From NCBI RefSeq assembly GCF_018350175.1, contig NC_058368.1, forward strand, positions 233,060,001-233,124,000: a stretch of DNA of 64,000 nucleotides, written 5' to 3'. A program made the translations under genes and the position numbers. Origin of the DNA: Felis catus. Taxonomy: Eukaryota. Below the pieces are notes generated by a model. It worked only from the letters and a program-made list of their open reading frames with translations, was not told the DNA's origin and did no database searches. Shown one piece after another: positions 27,110 through 37,883 of this stretch; within the stretch, counting starts at the first letter, position 1, and every line of letters begins with the position of its first letter.

Positions 27110-27275
27110 AGAGACTGTGCAAGCCAGACCCCTTCCTAGGCACTCAGCAGATGGTACCTGATGTAATTTCATCTTGTTTACAAATGTGTGAGCAAGATTT
27201 TATCCTATTTCACAGCTGAAAAACAAGAGAGATTCAATTACTTGCCAAAAGTCACACTGTTTGTGAGCCGGTCAT
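27110..27275 (-). mobile_element. MIR fragment
   Basis: ttatcctatttcacagctgaaaaac...ttacttgccaaaagtcacac matches the antisense MIR core. Confidence 0.65.
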
Positions 27276-27329
27276 CAGCGAAAAATCCCTCTTACTTTAG
27301 TGTCATCCAAACTATATAGGGTCACCCAA

Positions 27330-27735
27330 AACATACATATATTTTGATGTATATGTACATCTCTATGTGTACAGACGTCTATATGTAAATATACGTTACA
27401 TGTGTTACATACATTGTGTATGTCTATGTGTGCATACGTTCTATATGTTACGTATAGAATATATGTGTGTATGTATATACATATATATGTTAATATGTGT
27501 GAGGTTGTATATATGTATGTGTGTATATATGTAAATATTGCTATATATAATATATATGTGTGTGCATATATGTTAATATGTGTCATATATAGGTTGTATA
27601 TATGTGCGCATATATGTAGATATGTAGATATTATTATCTATGGAATATAGGTGTGTAGGTATATGTTAGCATGTGTTCTATATATAGGATATATGTATGT
27701 ATGTGTGTATATATGTATATGTATGTGAATGTATG
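27330..27735. repeat. Degenerate TA/TG-rich low-complexity tract
   Basis: Alternating purine-pyrimidine (TA)n/(TATG)n units. Confidence 0.9.
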
Positions 27736-27880
27736 TTCTCCCCTGACTCTATCACTTGCTCTGGCTATTCTCACATTCCTCTGTCTTCCTGTCTTATAAA
27801 GGTATCTCCCCTTTTTCTTCTCTCATTCTTGCTTGAGAACCACTTTAAATCAGGTAAAATTACTACTTTAAAGTTATTTA

Positions 27881-28070
27881 GGGGTGCCTGGGGGGCTCAT
27901 TTGGTGAAGTGTCTGACTTCGGCTCAGGTCATGATCTCACAGTTCCTGGGTTCGAGCCCCGTGTCGGGCTCTGTGCTGACAGCTCGGAGCCTGGAGGCTG
28001 CTTCGGATTCTGTCCCCCTCTCTCTCTGCCCCTCCCCCTCTCACTCAAAAATAAATAAACATTAAAAAAA
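27881..28070 (+). mobile_element. Can-SINE
   Basis: Head, CT region and tail; flanking ttattta duplication. Confidence 0.95.
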
Positions 28071-28337
28071 TTATTTAATAGAGTTTCTCCCCGTGGTTAT
28101 GCCACCAACTCAATACACAGTTATGCCCATCATTTTCGTTTTCATTTTCCTTTCAGTTGCTGATTACTATTTGTCTTAGTTTTGTTTGATGATTGTGTAA
28201 AATATTCATTTGGTTTTAAGATTAAATACACAAAAGAAGATATATCTTCACCTCTGTCGCTTCTACCCTATATCCTTCCCATTGGTAACTATTCTCTTTT
28301 AAATTTTACAGTATATGCTTCCTTTATCTTTTCTATC

Positions 28338-28530
28338 TTTTTTTAAGTTTGTTCACTTATATTGAGAGAGACAGCATGTGCCCACATGCACGTGTACGTG
28401 AGGTGGGAGCTGAGAAAGAAAGAGAGGGAGAATCCCAAGCAGCGGGGCTCGAACCCACCAACCGCGAGATCACGATCTGAGCTGAGATCGAGAATTGGAC
28501 GCATAACGACAGAGCCACCCAATCGCCCCC
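28338..28530 (-). mobile_element. Can-SINE (older, internally shortened)
   Basis: Antisense SINE motifs gaatcccaagcag and gagatcacgatctgagctgag. Confidence 0.88.
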
Positions 28531-29239
28531 TTCATTTTTTCTAACAGAAAAAAATAGGTATGTCTGTATATATGTAGATACACATTTGTGCATGTGAGTG
28601 TGTATCGTTTATATACCGTGTGAGTATATGTACAAAAGCATGTATATGTTGTATGCTTGTTGGGGGTGTGTGTGTGTGTATAGATAGATCTTCATCTCCC
28701 TTGGAAATACAGAGCAAACCATATACACGGCTATCATTCAACCTGGAACCCATTCTACAACATTACTTAAATGTCATTCCTTATATGTTTTCATGGTAGC
28801 ATAGTACTTTATCTTGTAGATGAACTCTATTTTAGTCAACTGGTTCCCTATTACTGAGGTTGGAGTGGTTTCAGATATTCCGCTATTATTTTCATATGCC
28901 CTGAATAAGAATCGTACTTACTTTGGGAAAGACATGCACGTTCTCTTAGTCTGATCTAGATACAGGAAGTAGCAAAAGTAGAGGATTTTTTCCCATAAAA
29001 CATAATGACTAAAATAGTTGCGGATCGATCCAGTGCCGAATCCGCGGGGCCGCTAACTTTGGCTTTCAGATTCTTCATTGTGAAAACATTCAGCCCAGCT
29101 GATCCGTTTGAAGGTGAGCCAGAAACACAGACTCAAGTTCCACAAAATTGATTAGAATGATTTGTTTTCATCATTACTGGTAGATACTTGAGATTGTACT
29201 TGAAAAGCTTAGAAAACCATCCCCCTCCCAGGATGGAGA

Positions 29240-29452
29240 CTGTAGACTGTAAGGTCGGACAATCCTGGGCTCAGCAACTGGTGTGCCAACTTTCCAGCAA
29301 ATGATGTGTGTGTGTGCTCGCCAGGCTTCCATGTGGAAATAACTCTACTCATAAAGAGTTAAAGCCAGGATTCAATGCGATGACGTTGGTACATCACGGA
29401 TCATAGTGCTTGGTGTAAGATAGGCGCGCCGTAAATGCCAAATTATTATTAC
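29240..29452 (+). mobile_element. MIR fragment
   Basis: aggattcaatgcgatgacg...atagtgcttggtgtaagataggcgcgccgtaaatgccaaattattatta resembles the MIR 3' end. Confidence 0.55.
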
Positions 29453-30971
29453 GATCATCTGCATCGACAAAGTAGTGTTCTCAAGTATCATCCCCAGAAT
29501 CCTTGGTTTTGAAAGCTTGGATAGGTGCTTGAAATTCAGCCCCTTGGTCCGATTTCTTTCGCTGGCTTTAATTACGTTGGCAAACCACAGCCATTAGGGT
29601 TTGCACGCTTTAACTCACGTAACCTTTAGGAAACATCTCGAGAACTTAGACTCCGGTGAGAATAATTATCAGACCAGTATCAAAGGGCTAGAATAAAATT
29701 TTCAAATGCGATGATCCTGTCGGTATCGAATCCTCGGAGCGTTCCCCTGAACCCACAGGGTTTGTTTCACGCAATGTGCACATTGTGTTTGGGAGTTTCT
29801 TCCTGTTAGGTATTAAAGGGAAATCCACAGTATTTTGAACATTTATTTATGTAGAACACATTCCACAAAATTGATTACAATGACTTATTTTCATCATTAC
29901 TGTTAGATCCATGAGGATTTACTTGAAAAGCTTAGAAAATCACACTCTGGTCTGGTGGAAGTTGTGGTTTAAAAAATAACTGGTGAGAACAAGTCTTCGG
30001 GGAAGGTAGGGTAAGAGGTCGTGCGGTTTCCCTGTTCTACTTGGGTGAGAATTTCCACTAAATTAGAATTCTATATGAATCCCTTGCAGATATTATAATT
30101 TCAGTTGAATATTGCGATCATGTTATATAAGGTATATCTCATTTTCTGAGATTTTCCTTGGCTCGATCCAATATATTCCAGTTATTTTTGCTAAAAAATC
30201 ATGACCTATGCAATTAAAGTAAGTCTACTGGGTACGATATTCAATATTAGTTTTCTGTATGGAAACAGAGCTGAGTGACAGGACCGCACATTGAATCCTG
30301 AAATGATTTTCAGTTCAGAGAAGACAGTCACAGACTCAACGAACTTAATGCTTCAAGTTGGGCTCCCCAAACTTTATATTTAGTGAAAACTGACAAAAAT
30401 TTTTTCAGATTATGCTTAAAATCAAAACTGTATTAAAACGTGTTCCTGCAATTAAATGAGGTCTTCTAGTTAGCAGAATATCTAACCCATAATGGTAAAC
30501 TCAGGAATTTAGTGACCTTTATGTGAAAGCTGAACTCTTTCTCTAATGTCACTAAGACCTGAGATCAGCCAATATGTATTACTTCCCCCGACAATGGTAT
30601 TGCAATGGTATTTCAATGGTGTTACACGTTGATATGTAAGTTTGAACACAAGAACAAAGGATTTATTGGATAAACGGGATCAGTGCTTCGTTAAGGCAAA
30701 AACAGAAACATGACCGAATCTATAACCATTTGTATCTAAACAAGGAGAACCAGTTATTCACTTGAGTGGCCTGGATGGTCTGCAAACCGGTAGGTAAGGT
30801 CCAAGAGTGAAAAACCAAAACTCTCAAAATACGTTTAGAAAATTCGTTTGCTCTCCACATCCTTTGATTTATGTGTCTTAGTTCCCATCGTTACAAACGT
30901 CCTTAATGTTTATTAAATGACCTCGATATCTCTTTAAAATCACAATTAATATTTAAATACTTATTAGAGAG

Positions 30972-31178
30972 GGGCGCCTGAGCGGCTCAGCCGGTTAGGC
31001 GTCCGACTTCGGCTCAGGTCATGATCTCACGGTTCGTGGGTTCGGGCCCCGAGTCAAGCTCTGTGCTGACAGCTCAGAGCCTGGAGCCTGCTTCGGATTC
31101 TGTGTCTCCCTCCCCTCAGCTCCTCCCCTGTTCACACTCTGTCTCTCTTTCAAAATAAGTAAAGATTAAAAAAAAAAA
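30972..31178 (+). mobile_element. Can-SINE with long TSD atttaaatacttattagagag
   Basis: Duplicated flank at 30951-30971 and 31179-31199. Confidence 0.96.
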
Positions 31179-32588
31179 ATTTAAATACTTATTAGAGAGA
31201 CATCAATACTACTCAGCTTACAATACCAGTGGGCTTTCAGCCAGAACATGAAGACGTTTGAATGGAAGAGTAATTCCTACCAACCTTTTCATATTTCTTG
31301 GTAAAATTCTTAAAATGTTCTCAATTCTAGTTTAAGCGTATTCTCTCACCTCATCTCCTGATGGAGAACATGATCACAAACATCCGTTTTGTTTTTAATT
31401 CCCTCAATGTCTTTTGTTTCCATTTTGAAAGCAGCTTTAAGTATTCAAGATAACATTGTACTTAACAGAGTGGCTCTGCATTCGATACAGTGGCTCTAAT
31501 AAGGGAAGGAAATTCTTAACATGCAGTTGACCTTAAAGCTTCACCTCTTGCGTAAACAAATTCCACCTAGGAGATCATTTTATCTTTTTAGGGGACTCGA
31601 AAAAAATTTTTAAATTTCATTCCCACTAACGTTTCTTCTGTTGTGTTAACTCTATCTAATACCTTTTCTTTATATCCTTTGTTACCCTGTTTAGTATGTT
31701 TCATAAAATGTAAATGGGCTGCTGTTAAAACCGGCTCTATTAGGGCTGTTACTGCACAGGTAAATGGAAAGATGCTAAACACTTGACAGACTGAAGTAAG
31801 AGGACCTGCCCCAGTGACAGAGGACATTATATGCCCAGTTGGGGCTGTAGAATCAGCAGTGGCAAAACACAGCAGGGCTATTTCAAGGTTTAATTGCTGC
31901 ACTTACAGCCGTTTATCACAGAACAGCTCAGCAACCTGTTCGCAATTTAGAGAAAAAGTATCACACCCACCAGCTATCACAAAAATGAAACTCCCATAAA
32001 AAGTAAGAGAAATATTCATTAGTGTCACTGCTTGAGCCTCAGGATATGAGGTAGGAAAGAAGGATGTATTTCAGAAATGTAAAGGAAGGGGTAGGAAGGA
32101 AGGAAAAGATGAAAGAATACAAGAAAGAGGGAGGGGGAACTAAAATATTGCGATGTTAGTATATTACTGAAAAAGTGATAAAGGTCCTAGAGCACAGTAT
32201 TTGAAATTAATTCCTGTGTATTCACTCTGGAAATCAATCATGCAAAGTCCTAGAATTTTTCCTTGTCTGGGTTTCGTATTATTGAATTTTCAGTGCCTTA
32301 TTGTCCTTAGAACACACAGATAAGTTGAAAATATGAAATCAATCTGTATCTCAACTTTATGACCCATTTCCCAGGAGTAGAACGATTCACCACGGCTTGA
32401 AGAGATATTTCATGGCCCCTGCAGTCTGTCTGTGTGTTACCAAGACCCTAGAGGACAAAGTTCTTTACTGAGTGAAAGAACGGATACGTATAATAAGCAT
32501 CTATCATCATCATAGGATAAGAGAATGAGAGTACGCTTAAAATCACTTTATTACATTATGATTGACATGTAAAAATATGGAAATATTT

Positions 32589-32696
32589 TCTTCCTTCCTT
32601 CCTCCCTCTCTTCCTTCCTCTCTCCCTCCCTCTCTTCCTTCTTTCCTCCCACCCTTCCCCCCTCCCTCCCTTCCTTCCTTCCTTCCTTCCTCCCTC
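32589..32696. repeat. (CCTT)n/(CCCT)n polypyrimidine microsatellite
   Basis: Directly visible. Confidence 0.93.
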
Positions 32697-33626
32697 AATG
32701 AGCTAGGAGATATGTATATACTTATACTATGAAATTTGAGTGAAATTAAAAAATTTTTTGTGAAACTATCACCAACAAGTCCATAGACATATCCAATTGA
32801 AATAATATTTTCAATATTTCAACACATTTAATGATTTTTTTGAAATTATAGGTCTTTGTTGTAATTTGTTATTTATTTTTTCTTGGATGTAATGCATATG
32901 AATATTAAAGTAATCAAACAATACAGTGGGGTATAAAGCAGAAAGTACCCCATAACATACTCTCTCCCCTTAGAAAACTAATCCTGACAGTTTAGATTTT
33001 ATTTTGTACATCAGAATTGTTTCCTTATGCACAGTTAGCTGTGTATGATTGATTATGGCTGTGTCTGTTTTATACACTGACACAGATAATGTTATTTTTA
33101 CAAAACTAGATGACATTTTTGTAACCTGCTTGCATTTTTATCTTGATATATTGTATTATCTATAATCCAAGTAATTCATCTCCAAAACTTTTGCTGAAGC
33201 ACAATTTCTAATGGACGTGAGCATTAAGGACACCGAGCATTAAGGACATACACCCAGGCCTCATACGCTTTGGTCTATCTGGAGGCTGAACGGACTCAGG
33301 GACCCCTGGGGACGTTGACTTGCCCCCACCTCAAGTCTACCCAACGACCAACAAGAGGGTGGCACCTTTCCAAAAGTTGGATGTGGAGCAAGCAATAAAG
33401 AATGTCCTAGTCCATCACTGAGGTTAAGCCAAAGTTCTGTACTGGATTATTCGCTGTCTCAATATCAACTAAATGATACTGTCGTTGTCTATTGCCCCTT
33501 GTGCATAGGCTTCACCATGATGCAGCTGCAGAGCGGAGAGTGGGGATGCCTGACGGGATGGGATCAGGAACCAGAACAGCATCGAATTCTGTAATGCCTG
33601 GCCTTCTTCTCAAGACTCTTGCAACT

Positions 33627-33854
33627 GGGGCGCCTGGGTGGCGCAGTCGGTTAAGCGTCCGACTTCAGCCAGGTCACGATCTCTCGGTCCGTGAGTTCGA
33701 GCCCCACGTCGGGCTCTGGGCTGATGGCTCAGAGCCTGGAGCCTGCTTCCGATTCTGTGTCTCCCTCTCTCTCTGCCCCTCCCCCGTTCATGCTCTGTCT
33801 CTCTCTGTCCCAAAAATAAATAAACGTTGAAAAAAAAAATTAAAAAAAAAAAAA
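33627..33854 (+). mobile_element. Young felid SINEC_Fc-type SINE with perfect TSD
   Basis: Same diagnostic positions as the 16385 copy; TSD aagactcttgcaac at 33612-33625 and 33855-33868; long A-tail. Confidence 0.97.
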
Positions 33855-35866
33855 AAGACTCTTGCAACCTTACCGAGAACAGTCCTGAGGGATGTCCACC
33901 ATGAATCTGCAGGGGGCCGTGCACCCTCTTAGAAAGCCCATTTTTAATGGACACATTCTATATTTAGATACCTTGGTTCCTTCAGTCAGCTACGGCAGAG
34001 GCTGGTTTACTATCCCCGTGCTGTGCAGGATAATTTTGCAAACCCTTGGTTTCACCCACTTTGAAAATCTTTCTTTTAATCCCTTTGTGATTTAACCCGC
34101 AGGGGATTTTTTTCCATCTTGCCAGTTTTGGAAAACAGCTCATCGTAGTCCCCCAGTGCGGGAAGAAATAGTCACAGAGTTTCATTAAACCTTTCATTTT
34201 AAGTTGGGTGCTGAAATAAACTAGGATGCTTAATAACATTGCGTGATGAAAAAAAAAACAGTAAAGAGGACTGTATGTGCAGACATCTGTCTGCATTGTC
34301 TAGATTGAATTCTTTTTATTTCCATGAGAAAGAAAATTTTGAGATCTATTATTGTGGACAATTGTTAATTAGAATTCTTGTTTACTCCAAAAGAACAGAA
34401 AAGATGTATGGTTTTCGCTCACGATACCCTCAGGTAGAGCAAAAACTGATGAAGAGAAAAGGAGAAAAGACCATCACAAGAAAGAGTGAGAGGCAGGTGC
34501 AGCACGTAGTGATGGCCTATTTGCATTTTAGGCTTTTATTTTAAACATAATGGATGGTAGGGACATGGAAAAACTGGGCAAAGGATCTATTTGGACCCAT
34601 GCATTACTTATCTGCATCAACCGCCAGAGATTGAAGACAATGTCTGCATGAGATAGTTGAAAATTGACAAATTCATCTACAACCTGAATTTATTCTCTGC
34701 CTTGGGACATGTCAGCCAGTAGTGTCTTTGTCAGAAATGTATGGCCATATGGATGGCAATTAGGATAAAACAAATCGCAACGGCATGTATCGAGATGGCA
34801 CCCGGGCTACAACGACTTCCAGCGACAATGGTAGGAGTCATGTGCCCGCGCTCACCTCGTGGGATGTTGCCCAAATGAATTTGGAATTTGGATTTTGGGA
34901 AAGTCATTTAGATGTCTCTGAACTTGGAGATTGGACATTTTATTTAGTGACTAGAATATATGGTTGTAGAGTCAGGAAAGAATGTTGCAGGTAAAAACTC
35001 TGTGGCAGTCCTGACTCCCTGTCCTCAGTTTCCCCCCTAAAATCTGAAGCTGAGAGCATGCCGAGGACAACGCGGGCCTGCCAGCAGCAGCTACACAGAC
35101 AAATGTGTCACCTCCCTCTGGAAGGCCCCCTGCCCACCCAGGCTGGACTCCGGGCGGAAGAGAGGCATGACCCACGCTAAGCCTCACCCGGGCACACTGC
35201 AGTTATCAGGCACTTACTTCTTCACCGTCCCTCCCCCTGGACTGTTAAATCCCCTAACACCTTCCCAGGTAAATTACTAAAAGTTCTAGTTAGCTTCCCA
35301 CTTTGAGGGAAAGTGTCACTTTTCATTCTGAAGGTCAGATGACACAAGGCTGATGTTGGCTTTTATTGTGACTGTTACGAATCTTCATTCATGCTTGTGC
35401 TTAGCAGCAGTTCAATTAAAATCAAAGGCCAGTACAAAACTGGATAATTTGTTTCAGCTAGTCATGTATTCTGGAATCACTGGATAGTAAGATTCCTGAG
35501 GCTAGCAAAGATTTCTGAATGATTTATCAAGAAAATCAGGTCAGGGCTAGCCCGGGAGCATGACGTAGAATGCCACACGAGCATAGACTTTGGAGAACAG
35601 GCGGTTGGTTATTCAGTGAGGAAAAATATGCCCTCATTTGCTGGTCCAATGTGTATTTCCTGACCCTACTCTGGGATGAACAATGTGTGAGGCCAACAGT
35701 GTGGACCCAAAGTGAAATGGTTCTTGCTTTTAGTCACATGGGAAAGCTGGAGGGAACAAATTTAAGGAGGTGGGTATGTGTGGGCTGATCTTGGGATCAA
35801 TGCGTGTTCCGGTGTGGCTGAGCTCGTCAACAAACACTGGTGTCACTGAAAACAAAGCGAAATCAC

Positions 35867-36032
35867 GGCACCCGGGGGGCTCAGTGGGTTGAGCCTCTGA
35901 CTCCATTTTTGGCTCAGGTCATGATCTCATGGTTCCTGGGATGGAGACCCTCACTGGGATTCTTGCTCTCCCTCTCTCTGACCCTCCCCTCTTTCTCTCT
36001 CTCTCTCTCAAAATAAATAAATAAACTTAAAA
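35867..36032 (+). mobile_element. Can-SINE (diverged, shortened)
   Basis: ggctcaggtcatgatctc, (CT)n, aaaataaataaataaac. Confidence 0.88.
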
Positions 36033-36203
36033 AGAGAGAGAGAAATCATAAAAGAGAAGCCATGGCCAAAGTACGAAGTGTACTGAGTATCGTGCATTGT
36101 TCTCACAAATTTGTATAAAATGATCTAACTCACACAGCATTATTGTTCATGTAATCCATGCAAATTCTAAGAACATTCCTCAGAACTGATGGCCACATCT
36201 GAG

Positions 36204-36707
36204 TGTGATGGCTAATTCTATGCATCAATTCGACTGACCTAAGGGGTCAAGGGGTACCCAGAAAACTGATGAAACATTATTTCTGGCTGTGCCCATGAGG
36301 GCGTTTCTAGAATAAATTAGCAGTTGAATTGGTAGACTGAATAAAGACGATTGCCCTCACCAGGGTTGGCAGGCATCTTCCAATCCCTTGAGGGACTGAA
36401 GAGAACAAAAAGGGGGAGGAAGGGTTGAGCTCAGGCAGCCATCTTCCCCTGCCCTCAGACATCGAGCTTCTGTTTCTCCGGCCTTCAGACTCAGACTGGA
36501 GCTTACACCATTGATACTCCTGGTCCCCAAGCCTTCAGGCTCGGACTGGAATAAAACCACTGGCCTCCCTGGGCCTCCAGCTTGCAAACAGCAGATCAGG
36601 GGACTTCTCAGGCTCCATAATCGTGTGAGGCAATCCTTCATAATGAATCTTTTTCAACAGAGCTATATATATCTTATTGGTTCTTCTTTTTGGAGAGCTC
36701 TAATACA
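36204..36707 (+). mobile_element. Solo ERVL LTR (MLT2-type), TG...CA termini
   Basis: Starts tgtgatggctaattctatgcatcaa, contains aacattatttctggctgtg and ccaatcccttgagggactgaagagaacaaaaagg, ends ctaataca; flanks ctgag/ccgag. Confidence 0.88.
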
Positions 36708-37367
36708 CCGAGTCTTCAAATATTTGAGGAAATCTTGGTAACACTAAAGAGCTCACTCTGTACGTCACGTTCATGTCTAAGCTGCACCTCCATGTCCTAC
36801 TTAGGTGTTAACACATGAGATTAATTCTTATCAAATTCTGGGCCTTAAGCAGTGTCAGAGAAAAATAGTTTTGAGAGTTTGACACACTCCTATTTTTGCT
36901 TGTAAATGTATCTTCATAAGAAGAAAGGATCTTATCTTGAATGGTCACCACAGAACTTCCTACCTTCACCTACCTGGGCGCCATTTTGTACAAATGAAAG
37001 GATTTCCCAGAAGGCCTTAATCTGATCAGTCCTTTTATAAAAGGCAGGTTGGCTGCAGGCTTAATTTCCCCTTTTCCTTCAAGACTATTTTAATGGCCGG
37101 TTCTATTTTCCAGCCCTGAAACGAACGCACTGTCCCTATTCCCTCTCAGTTCTACTTGCAAACCAGCCAGTTCCCTTGTGAGGCCATCTCTTCCTTGCGG
37201 TACTTTGTTAAATGAACTAATAAGAGCCAACACACACAGGAGCGTTAGTTCTGAGAGCACTTCATCTGGACCCTGTGACTGCCAGAGAAAGTAGGGAAGC
37301 CCCTACTGTTTATCTGAAGTTCAGATAAACAATGATTTTTTTTTTTTTTCGGTATTAAGATGTTCCT

Positions 37368-37585
37368 GGGGCACCTGGGTGGTTCAGTCGGTGAAGCATC
37401 CGACTTCAGCTCAGGTCACGATCTCACAGTTTGTGCGTTCGAGCCCCACGTCAGGCTCTGTGCTGACGGCTCGGAGCCCGGAGCCTGCTTCCGATTCTGT
37501 GTCTCCCTCTCTCTCTGCTCCTCCCCTGCTCACATGCTGTCTCTCTCTCAAAAATAAAAATAAAGATTAAAAAAAAATTTTTTTT
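37368..37585 (+). mobile_element. Can-SINE
   Basis: Full-length; flanks aagatgttcct / aagctgttcct. Confidence 0.95.
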
Positions 37586-37679
37586 AAAGCTGTTCCTCAT
37601 ACCGCAAGGAACATATGTATACTACAAAGTTATTTCCTGTTTACCTGAAAGTGAAATTTTATTTCAATTTTACACATAT

Positions 37680-37723
37680 TTTTAAGTTTATTTTTTTGAG
37701 AGCGTGAGAGAGAGCAGAGAAGG

Positions 37724-37757
<34 letters not shown>

Positions 37758-37883
37758 CCCAAGCAGGTTCTGAGCTGTCAGCACAGAGCCTGATGCAGGG
37801 CTCAATCCCGCAAAACTCGAGATCATGACCTGAGCTAAAATCAAGAGTTAGATGCTCAACTGACTGAGGCACTCAGGTGCCTC
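37680..37883 (-). mobile_element. Can-SINE (older subfamily) with (GA)n
   Basis: Antisense copy. Confidence 0.93.

Noticed and set aside
32411..32422. catggcccctgc matches part of U6 snRNA
   Set aside because: Only 12 nt; the flanks do not continue the match
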